20,351 nucleotides of DNA from a virus (IMGVR_UViG_3300021440_000016), one strand, 5' to 3'; shown: positions 9,560 to 16,199, counted from the first letter of the stretch. Notes: a model not told the origin generated them from the letters alone. Made by a program: numbers and translations.

Positions 9560-9708
9560 TAATGCCGGAGTAGTGGGTCGAGTATCTCTAGATCTAGTAA
9601 AGCTTTATACGCTCGGCTATAGACGCCTAGGGGATTAAAAACATCCTCCCGGTTCAGGTAGTTAGCGACCAACTGATCGATAATCGCATCATTGTGTGGA
9701 TCTCTCAT
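9556..9708 (-). CDS. 50-aa hypothetical protein
   Basis: Own translation MRDPHNDAIIDQLVANYLNREDVFNPLGVYSRAYKALLDLEILDPLLRHY; overlaps the upstream stop (ATGA) and has an RBS. Confidence 0.6.
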   Translation of the reverse strand: MRDPHNDAIIDQLVANYLNREDVFNPLGVYSRAYKALLDLEILDPLLRHY

Positions 9709-9893
9709 CCTCTGATCCTTCGCATTACCGTCTTGACTTTACTAGCATGACACTCTGGGCAGACCCGACCGTTCCATTCCCGATCAAATTGATCAACCCA
9801 GCGCTTATTAACCCCATCGGGGTACTTGCCTTTGAGTATGCGCTGCTTCTCCTGCTCACACACTTTACATTTTCTTAGATTGATTTCTGTCAT
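9705..9893 (-). CDS. Zn-finger protein (CKVC...CPEC)
   Basis: Two CxxC pairs. Start reassigned to ATG 9893, which couples with the upstream stop. Confidence 0.7.
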   Translation of the reverse strand: MTEINLRKCKVCEQEKQRILKGKYPDGVNKRWVDQFDREWNGRVCPECHASKVKTVMRRIRG

Positions 9894-10051
9894 ATTACAC
9901 CCAATACAGTAAATACTAGTTCTAGAGTATGGTAGGTCTGAACACAGGTACACCCAGTTCTTCCGTAGTACGCCTCTACATTTGCTAGAGGGCAGGATAG
10001 CTCTGAGTACCAGTCGAGCATCCTAAGCAGTCTCATCATTTCAGCATCCAT
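9890..10051 (-). CDS. Hypothetical Cys-containing protein
   Basis: 3' part of track ORF 9890..10234, likely starting at ATG 10051; the upstream part overlaps another gene. Confidence 0.5.
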   Translation of the reverse strand: MDAEMMRLLRMLDWYSELSCPLANVEAYYGRTGCTCVQTYHTLELVFTVLGVI

Positions 10052-10079
10052 ATAGATAGTTGTTTCTAGAAAGTTAAGG

Positions 10080-10295
10080 TTATTCAGAATCTTTGTCAAT
10101 AAGAATTCCGGCCACAAAGCTACAACGAGCACATTGCAGCTTGCCGTCCGCTGGTCTATACGACCATTTGTGGGGCCTACAGACCTCTTGCCGCTGCTCA
10201 AGGTAGGCATTTGTCCAGAATTCTCTCTGAGCATTAACCCAGTTGAAGTAGAAACCTAGACATGCCACACAGAATAAGATAAAAACAATAATCAT
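10080..10295 (-). CDS. Membrane-anchored small protein with CxxH...CxxC motif
   Basis: N-terminal hydrophobic helix; CRPH...CARC. Confidence 0.65.
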   Translation of the reverse strand: MIIVFILFCVACLGFYFNWVNAQREFWTNAYLEQRQEVCRPHKWSYRPADGKLQCARCSFVAGILIDKDSE

Positions 10296-10453
10296 AAGTA
10301 TTTCCAGTCAATTAGCCCGACATTCTCAAATATCTCAAATAGAAGATTTAGGTCTTTTGCTTCAAGTTCTGGGTTCTCTTCTAAGAAGTAAGCCCATAAT
10401 TTCCTTACTATTTTTCCACCTTCTTCGTCGTACGGGATGGTCCAAACTGACAT
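10292..10453 (-). CDS. 53-aa hypothetical protein
   Basis: Own translation MSVWTIPYDEEGGKIVRKLWAYFLEENPELEAKDLNLLFEIFENVGLIDWKYL; GGAG RBS; ATGA overlap with the next gene. Confidence 0.65.
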   Translation of the reverse strand: MSVWTIPYDEEGGKIVRKLWAYFLEENPELEAKDLNLLFEIFENVGLIDWKYL

Positions 10454-10811
10454 GAAATCTCCTAAAAATAATTTTTTTAAAAATTTTTATCTTTTGGAAA
10501 TCATTCGTAAAATTCCATTTCTTAGACGATTTCTAGAAAAACGATTTAACATCTATTTATAGTTATAGCTTCTGTAAGTTAGAGATAGATACTCAGAACT
10601 TTTTAATAAATAATTAAAAACTTCTTCGTAAATAAAGATTAATTAATAAACAAAGCTAAACATAAATCGATCAAGGCAACAGGTGTATTAATAGTAAGTT
10701 AATATACTAAGCTCAAGAAACATCCTACTTAGAGCTGAACACATGCAGCGTTCTGACCGTGTTCTGCAGTATAAGTTAATCTTGTGCTTAATACTATTAT
10801 CAATATCTGTA

Positions 10812-11000
10812 TCAGTCTGCAGCATCGTACCACCCCACTACCACATCAAGATCATGTAATAATCTTAGAATACGGTTACAATCACAATCCTGATTGTAAA
10901 TATAAGAAGTATTACAAGAATTAAGTACTGTTTCTAGTATCTTTACTTCCATTTCCCATTCATCTCTAAGTTCATATAATTCAAAGAAATCTTGTATCAT
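10812..11000 (-). CDS. Hypothetical acidic protein with CDC motif
   Basis: 62-aa ORF, co-oriented with neighbours; resembles ORF 9890-10051 in style. Confidence 0.55.
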   Translation of the reverse strand: MIQDFFELYELRDEWEMEVKILETVLNSCNTSYIYNQDCDCNRILRLLHDLDVVVGWYDAAD

Positions 11001-11090
11001 TTTGCACCTACTCTAAAAGTGAGCGAATGCGAACTTTTATTATTCTTATACTACTTCTTACTCTACTTCTTAGTGGTACTCTTACGAAGC

Positions 11091-11615
11091 TTAATAGCTG
11101 CGTCGCTTCGCTCGACTCGCTGTGACGCTATCGTGAGAGTGTATTTTATAGATTGGTACCCCTGAAGGGTAATACTGAGCTATAAACTGATTAGCTAGAT
11201 CCAAGGTATTAAATACACCAACTAAGACTTCAGACCTACCCTTAGAGACTAGGCGTACCTCTAGGAGGTACTCATCATTGGAATATATCTTGGGGGTATA
11301 CTCCACAGGTTGATACTCTTTATAGAACGTATACCCAAGGTGTTTATAATAATCATACCAATACTTATAGCGAAGCCTAGCTTCTACAGAGTTAGCGTCT
11401 GTTACTGTTTCTAGAATTACTACATCTAGCTGTTTGTATTCTTTTCGTAATAGTTTGTAGCTATTGTTTCTAGACTTAGCTAATCGAAGTACCCTAGCTG
11501 CAGTAGTTAAAGCATCAGTACTACGCACTAAGTATACTCTTTTGTTTCTAGAGTTAACTAACCCTAGAATACAACTTACCCCTGACAGGCTATATAGTTC
11601 TTTAATTAGCTTCAT
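11091..11615 (-). CDS. Degenerate GIY-YIG-like nuclease domain protein
   Basis: N-terminal SGVSCILGLVNSRNKRVYLVRS resembles the GIYxxxNxxNxKxYIGxS pattern with degenerate signature residues. Likely start is ATG 11615. Confidence 0.45.
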   Translation of the reverse strand: MKLIKELYSLSGVSCILGLVNSRNKRVYLVRSTDALTTAARVLRLAKSRNNSYKLLRKEYKQLDVVILETVTDANSVEARLRYKYWYDYYKHLGYTFYKEYQPVEYTPKIYSNDEYLLEVRLVSKGRSEVLVGVFNTLDLANQFIAQYYPSGVPIYKIHSHDSVTASRAKRRSY

Positions 11616-11628
11616 AGTACTCAATTAC

Positions 11629-11636
11629 AGTTGTTA
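11629..11636 (-). promoter_or_regulatory. TAACAACT motif upstream of the GIY-YIG-like ORF
   Basis: Exact copy at the start of the leftward transcription block. Confidence 0.55.
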
Positions 11637-11953
11637 AGTAAAACTATCTATTACTTCCTACAATTAGCTATACCGATCTAATTCTTTTCAGTACTTATCT
11701 TCACCTACTAGACTAACTCAGCTCCGCAAATCGAGTTTTAGACAGTTTCAGAGGAGAGGGGGGGGATAGGGAGAGGGGAGGTATTGTTTCTAGAGTAGGA
11801 GCTGGAAAATGTTCGTGGGTGCTATACTCTCGTCGACTGCAGTCCAGAAGTAACACCCCCCCCCTACCTCATACCTCAATGATATCCACCACTTACTATA
11901 CACCACTACTATTTACCAATGATATCAACAGCTTATACCTAGCTACTTAATCT

Positions 11954-11968
11954 TGATAATGATTATCA
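11954..11968. promoter_or_regulatory. Perfect 7-1-7 palindrome TGATAAT-G-ATTATCA (Fur-box consensus)
   Basis: Exact match to the 7-1-7 Fur-family operator in the central non-coding region; the binding protein is not established. Confidence 0.55.
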
Positions 11969-12330
11969 GAATTGTTTTTATATCTATTGGATTTGTTTAG
12001 ACTTAATCAGATCCGTTGATTGATATTGATTCTAGCCCTCATTGTCAATCTTACCTTTCCCCTATTGTGTCAGACACTACCGAGTCTCAGCTGACACTGA
12101 ACTGTTTAAATTTAGTCCCGTTAACTGAATCGGTTTAGTGCCCGGGAGGAGTAGGGTCGACTTTCTGTATATAATGATACAAGAGCGGCGGGTGAGCTAC
12201 GCTTTACAGGTAGACGGGAAGGGGATGAAATAGCGTGATTCTTCCCTCCTCTCTTTTTTTTTCCCACAATCTCCCCAGCTTAACCCTTTTTCCTCCCCGT
12301 GTCTCAACTGACACAATTGTGGAAAAAACC

Positions 12331-12660
12331 CGGATCGACGATGCTGGAATTGTAACGCAGCGATGAAGGGCACGACGCCCCGAGCTAAAGCACGAAGCGC
12401 ACCCTAGAGGTTGCAGATAGCCCTTCGGGCCTGGGTATTAAGATCCGACGAAGCAAGCGCTGCGGCAGGTAAGGGGATGCAAGCTTAACGGTTACTGCCT
12501 TAAATGGAAGCCGTTGAAAAGAAAACCAGCGCAACCCGCGTACGAGCAAGGCAAGAGCCTGCAGCGAAGCGGAAGTCAAATAGCCCGCACATGATCGAAG
12601 GGCACGGATAGAATCAGTGTAACACTGGCATATATCCCTGCAGGTAGGTGTCCGGGAAGA
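12331..12660 (+). ncRNA. Putative structured non-coding RNA/leader of unknown class
   Basis: GC-richer than its flanks, with no credible plus-strand ORF. Hairpins include a C(UUCG)G loop, and long-range complementarities are 12331-36/12442-47, 12356-62/12458-64 and 12343-47/12526-30. Confidence 0.55.
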
Positions 12661-12715
12661 TTGAGTGTCTGTGTTCGCAGTGACACACTGAAGAGGCGAA
12701 AGCCGAAACACTCAA
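12661..12715 (+). ncRNA. Type III hammerhead ribozyme
   Basis: Stem III TTGAGTGT/ACACTCAA; GUC cleavage triplet 12667-69; stem I TGTGT/ACACA; core CTGAAGA 12688-94; stem II GGC-GAAA-GCC; GAAA 12705-08. All conserved core nucleotides are present. Confidence 0.95.
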
Positions 12716-12726
12716 CGAGGTACGTT

Positions 12727-12903
12727 ATGAATAACGATGATAAGATTCGAAAGATTAAAGAGAAGATGGACAAGCTGGCATCTAAGGGGCGAGATTTACA
12801 GTATAAACGTGATCAGCTGCAATTTAAATGGGAAGAGTTAAGCGATAAGCTTAGAGAACTTGGAATGCCTGTAGATTATGATTGGTACGATGCCCAGTCT
12901 TAA
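12727..12903 (+). CDS. First early gene, 58-aa coiled-coil protein
   Basis: ATG 12727 with GAGG RBS. The track's upstream TTG start lies within the ribozyme and is unlikely. Confidence 0.75.
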   Translation: MNNDDKIRKIKEKMDKLASKGRDLQYKRDQLQFKWEELSDKLRELGMPVDYDWYDAQS

Positions 12904-12920
12904 CAAAGAGGGATAATAAC

Positions 12921-13130
12921 ATGCTTAAACTAATTAAGGTGAGCGTTAACAAAGATTCTTATTATGTTAGCATTTACACTAAAGTAAACAAATTCGGATA
13001 GGAATCTGAACGCTATCACTTGCATCGGGATGCCTCTAATGCCTCACAGGTTAACGATGCCCATGCCACTGAGATTGTTAAGAGAATTGCTAAGCATGTG
13101 AATTCTATTGAGATTCAAGAGGCGGCCTAA
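12921..13130 (+). pseudogene. Early ORF interrupted by an in-frame TAG at 12999-13001
   Basis: GAGGG RBS and 26 codons, then TAG, then 42 further sense codons ending in a TAA that overlaps the next ATG. Confidence 0.55.
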
Positions 13131-13189
13131 TGGAATATCTAGGAATCTTTCTAATTATAGTAGGAATTACAATAATTACAAGAGGTTAG
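13130..13189 (+). CDS. 19-aa hydrophobic peptide
   Basis: MEYLGIFLIIVGITIITRG; TAATG coupling with the upstream ORF. Confidence 0.5.
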   Translation: MEYLGIFLIIVGITIITRG

Positions 13190-13190
13190 T

Positions 13191-13349
13191 ATGTCAATTC
13201 AAGAAATTGAGAATGAGATTTCCTTTGTAAAACGGCAACTTGCCCGCCGCGATCTTCCGCAGTGCAAGGTGATCGACTTAACTATTCTACTGATTGAATT
13301 GCAGTCTAGCTTAATTCATAAGCTAAAGGAGTTTAAGTATGCAGCTTAA
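13191..13349 (+). CDS. 52-aa helical hypothetical protein
   Basis: GAGG RBS; own translation MSIQEIENEISFVKRQLARR... Confidence 0.65.
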   Translation: MSIQEIENEISFVKRQLARRDLPQCKVIDLTILLIELQSSLIHKLKEFKYAA

Positions 13350-13458
13350 TAAAGTGTTTGACTTTGTAGTAACCCTTCTAATCGCTTCGCTTGCCTTTGG
13401 CAGTCTGCTTGCCGTCGCCATGCTTATCGGAGCAGCGTCTACCTTAATTGGAGGTTAA
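13339..13458 (+). CDS. 39-aa membrane peptide, paralog A
   Basis: AAGGAG RBS; MQLNKVFDFVVTLLIASLAFGSLLAVAMLIGAASTLIGG; similar to 14330-14473. Confidence 0.7.
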   Translation: MQLNKVFDFVVTLLIASLAFGSLLAVAMLIGAASTLIGG

Positions 13459-13459
13459 C

Positions 13460-13561
13460 ATGAACGAAAAAGAACTGTCAACTAAAGAAATTGATGATTT
13501 GTTTGAAGCGCTTGATACTGCAATTAATGAGATTGAGTCAAGCGATAATAACTCTAAGTGA
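13460..13561 (+). CDS. 33-aa acidic peptide
   Basis: GGAGG RBS; MNEKELSTKEIDDLFEALDTAINEIESSDNNSK. Confidence 0.55.
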   Translation: MNEKELSTKEIDDLFEALDTAINEIESSDNNSK

Positions 13562-13603
13562 TCTTTTTTTGTATCTTAATACCTGACCAAAGAGGTTAAC
13601 TAT

Positions 13604-13993
13604 ATGAATACTAACACGATGCATTATTTTATTCTCTCCGCTGAACTGAGTACCCGTCCGGGCCTTACCAATGCCGCTAATACGCAGGATCTTAGGGACA
13701 AGCTTAGCCGCATGGGATACCCCTTCACGGAAGCGGAAGGTTTCTATAACGGCTCTAAAGAAGTGTCCTTTGTTGTTGGTTGCACCTTTGCCGATGTCGG
13801 CAAGCTTAGGCAGGGCATTATGTCTCTTGCGGAATCTTATGGACAGGAGTCAATTGCTTATGTCGACAATGAATCCCGCTTGACTCTTGAATACCCTAAT
13901 GGTATCCGCGAGTATATCGGCAAGCTCGAACTTGATGATAAGGCGCTTGACTTTTATACTAAGATTAATGGTAACAAGTATTCCGCTAAGTGA
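13604..13993 (+). CDS. Phage SAM lyase (T3 SAMase family), paralog A
   Basis: By-eye alignment with T3 SAMase: FILSAE..N (T3 VLVSAF..N), GFY (GCY), conserved E, YGQES (WEQDC), LEYPNG (LVYAKG) and C-terminal YT..NG.KY. Confidence 0.75.
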   Translation: MNTNTMHYFILSAELSTRPGLTNAANTQDLRDKLSRMGYPFTEAEGFYNGSKEVSFVVGCTFADVGKLRQGIMSLAESYGQESIAYVDNESRLTLEYPNGIREYIGKLELDDKALDFYTKINGNKYSAK

Positions 13994-14005
13994 AAGGATT
14001 GGAAT

Positions 14006-14320
14006 ATGAAGTCAATTAAAAAAATTAAGTTCACCGCCAAGCTTTTTACCGAAGGCTCATGGGGCACCCGCAGCATTGCCGGCAAGCATCCTTGCACCAT
14101 GGAACTTTTCGGCGGTACCGTATCCACCGACGGCCATCGGAAATATTATCAAATTGAGTTTGTTGCCGGGAAGGATGGCTGTGTTGGCGTAGAACATATC
14201 GGTCTCACAGTTAACGAAAATAATGAATTGGTCGACTATGATGGGGTCTTTAGTATTCCTTTGGAAGGTATCAAGTTGATTGAATCTGTTGGTATTATCG
14301 TATCGGATGATTTTCGGTAA
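14006..14320 (+). CDS. Hypothetical early protein
   Basis: 104-aa ORF with RBS in the early operon. Confidence 0.75.
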   Translation: MKSIKKIKFTAKLFTEGSWGTRSIAGKHPCTMELFGGTVSTDGHRKYYQIEFVAGKDGCVGVEHIGLTVNENNELVDYDGVFSIPLEGIKLIESVGIIVSDDFR

Positions 14321-14329
14321 GAGGATTTT

Positions 14330-14473
14330 ATGAAGAAGATTAACACTAAAGCTTGCCCTCTTATGCAAAAGCTAGTTGATATCGTCCTAACCGTCCTAAT
14401 CGCCTCTATAGCCTTTGGAAGCTTAGTTTCAGTAGTTGTGATTATGGGTGCTATATCCCGCGCTCTTAACTGA
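14330..14473 (+). CDS. 47-aa membrane peptide, paralog B
   Basis: GAGG RBS; contains VLTVLIASIAFGSLVSV, matching VVTLLIASLAFGSLLAV of paralog A. Confidence 0.7.
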   Translation: MKKINTKACPLMQKLVDIVLTVLIASIAFGSLVSVVVIMGAISRALN

Positions 14474-14488
14474 TTAAGGAGATTATTT

Positions 14489-14878
14489 ATGAATAACAAT
14501 GTGATGCATCATTTTATTGTGTCTGCTGAAAAGTCTAATCGTCCGAGCATGGTTAACTCCGCCAACACTAAAGAGTTGACCCTAAAGCTTTCTGAGCTTG
14601 GATATCCCTTTACTCAAGCACAAGGATGCTATAACGGAACTACCGAAGTATCCTTTATCGTCGCTTGTCAATTCAAGGATATGCCTAAGCTGAAACGTGA
14701 ATTGCTTGCAATTGCCGATAGTTATGCTCAAGATTGTATCGCATATGTGGATAATGAATCACGCTTGACGTTGGAATATAGCAATGGTATCAGTGAGTAT
14801 ATCGGTAAGTTGTCTGTTGACAACGAAGCGAGCGACGCATATACAAGCGTCAATGGAATGAAGTATAGCGCTAAGTAA
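14489..14878 (+). CDS. Phage SAM lyase (T3 SAMase family), paralog B
   Basis: Same length as paralog A, with 80/129 identical residues by ungapped hand count; has GCY and QDC motifs as in T3 SAMase. Confidence 0.8.
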   Translation: MNNNVMHHFIVSAEKSNRPSMVNSANTKELTLKLSELGYPFTQAQGCYNGTTEVSFIVACQFKDMPKLKRELLAIADSYAQDCIAYVDNESRLTLEYSNGISEYIGKLSVDNEASDAYTSVNGMKYSAK

Positions 14879-14892
14879 AAGGACTAAACAAT

Positions 14893-15093
14893 ATGAAGAC
14901 TTATAAAAAGATTGACCTATTCTTTAATGGGGACTATCTCTGTTCTACGAATCAGTCTAAAACATTGAAAGATGCAAGAAAAAAATACGTTGAGTCTCTA
15001 GAACATAGGGGCCATACGCTTGGAAAGATATCCTTCCTTGAAGAGTATATTCTAAAACATAGTACATTGATCAAGTGTAAGTTTTCGAAATGA
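14893..15093 (+). CDS. Hypothetical early protein
   Basis: 66-aa ORF with RBS; its N-terminus (MKTYKKI) resembles that of 14006 (MKSIKKI). Confidence 0.7.
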   Translation: MKTYKKIDLFFNGDYLCSTNQSKTLKDARKKYVESLEHRGHTLGKISFLEEYILKHSTLIKCKFSK

Positions 15094-15100
15094 GGATTAT

Positions 15101-15439
15101 ATGAAAAAAATTAAACGCGAAGTTATTGACCTTGTCCCTGTTGGCCTTTGGCTTGTGTCCTTTGACCGGATATGGGATATTAACGAAGAGACTGGCCATG
15201 AGCGGATTAGTGATATTGAGCCCATGGAATTGAAACGAGTTACCTCCAAGAGTTACCTTAGCCTGTGTGAAGACGTGGTTAATAAGGATATTAATTGGAA
15301 TACCGACCATGTGAACGACGATACTCATGATTTTAGGCCGCGCTTGTTTAAGACTAAGAAAGAAGCACTTGAACATATCAAGTATACAGTGAATCGGTTT
15401 AAGAATCCCCAGCCATGGGAATCTTTTATTAAGTTCTAA
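15101..15439 (+). CDS. Hypothetical early protein
   Basis: 112-aa ORF with GAGG RBS. Confidence 0.75.
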   Translation: MKKIKREVIDLVPVGLWLVSFDRIWDINEETGHERISDIEPMELKRVTSKSYLSLCEDVVNKDINWNTDHVNDDTHDFRPRLFKTKKEALEHIKYTVNRFKNPQPWESFIKF

Positions 15440-15449
15440 AGGAGTTAAT

Positions 15450-15683
15450 ATGCGAACGTTTGAAATTATCGAATGGGTAACGCTAGCGAGCGGCGATACT
15501 GTACGACGGGTAAAGGAGACTCGGGAGTTTAATAACCTTAGACATGCAATGACCGTCCTTACTTATGAGTGTTATGCTCCATCAATGATTGACTATCGTA
15601 TCACTAACAATGAGTTAGTTGCTTTTAATGTTGACACTCCCGATGTGAAATTGTACATCATCCGGGAATACAAGGAGATTTAA
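15450..15683 (+). CDS. Hypothetical early protein
   Basis: 77-aa ORF with AAGGAG RBS. Confidence 0.75.
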   Translation: MRTFEIIEWVTLASGDTVRRVKETREFNNLRHAMTVLTYECYAPSMIDYRITNNELVAFNVDTPDVKLYIIREYKEI

Positions 15684-15684
15684 T

Positions 15685-15945
15685 ATGTCGAACGACAATA
15701 CCTATAACGGATGAGCTAACTGGGAAACTTGGAATGTAGCCCTTTGGATTGATAACGATGAATTCCTTTATGGAGCCGCACGAATGTTCCGACATAAGTT
15801 TAGGCCTTATAAAGAATTTGTGGAATACATGAAAAGCTTTGATTCAGAAATCGGGGAAATCCGTTTGCAAACTCCGGATGGCGTTGCATGGAATGATTCA
15901 GGGCTGGACACCGATGAATTGGATAAGATGATTCAAGATCTTTGA
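15685..15945 (+). pseudogene. Member of the common phage YNGWxNxETWNVxLW family, interrupted by TGA at the first Trp (15712-14)
   Basis: MSNDNTYNG*ANWETWNVALWIDNDEFLY...ELDKMIQDL; the motif is recognisable and the stop falls where W is expected. Confidence 0.75.
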
Positions 15946-15998
15946 ATAGTTGAGTCGAAAGATCGAAGATATTGACACAAACATTGAGGATCTTTAAT

Positions 15999-16199
15999 AT
16001 GACACGTTACCAAGTGTATGTAGAGAATGAACCGATGCAAGATTTTACTAACATCGATTCAGCTATTGATTATGCATCTAGTCATGTGTATTTAGATCCT
16101 AAGTTAGGACGCGCTGTAAAGTTTGAACTAGAAAATAATAAGTCGGTTAAGTATAGCTATGGGTTTAAAAGTGTAGAACTAAAGCCCATTGAAAATTAG
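15999..16199 (+). CDS. Hypothetical early protein
   Basis: Track ORF 15972..16199; ATG 15999 has a GAGG RBS. Confidence 0.65.
   Translation: MTRYQVYVENEPMQDFTNIDSAIDYASSHVYLDPKLGRAVKFELENNKSVKYSYGFKSVELKPIEN

Larger units (their letters stand above)
11625..12330. other. Non-coding divergence/control region, candidate packaging (pac/cos/terminal repeat) or origin region
   Basis: No long ORFs; G8 and C9 runs, repeated CAATGATATC, GTGTC/GACAC palindromes and a pyrimidine tract; gene orientation switches here. Confidence 0.55.

Noticed and set aside
10460-10810. AT-rich intergenic stretch with a GAACAC/GTGTTC hairpin
   Set aside because: A single short stem with no further structure or recognisable family, which is insufficient support.
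12147-12175. Early sigma70 promoter at TATAAT 12170-75
   Set aside because: There is no acceptable -35 hexamer or TGn extension at the proper spacing, so the early promoter remains unlocated.
12464-12515. Twister ribozyme-like fragments (GG-TTAC...AAGC, GCAG-GTAA)
   Set aside because: The required UAA cleavage-site loop and P4 register do not fit; simple hairpins explain the complementarity.
12530-12625. RNase P RNA-like words (GAGCAAGGC, CAAATAG, ATAGAA)
   Set aside because: The CR-I GAGGAAAGUCC element and the P4 pairing are absent.
12385-12773. Minus-strand track ORFs 12385-12711 and 12576-12773
   Set aside because: They lack RBS context, overlap the hammerhead and structured RNA on the opposite strand, and run against the early operon.
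13339-14915. CRISPR-like or DGR TR/VR interpretation of the repeated segments
   Set aside because: The repeats are diverged coding paralogs, with no constant repeat-spacer periodicity, no adenine-specific mismatch pattern noticed and no reverse transcriptase in the window.
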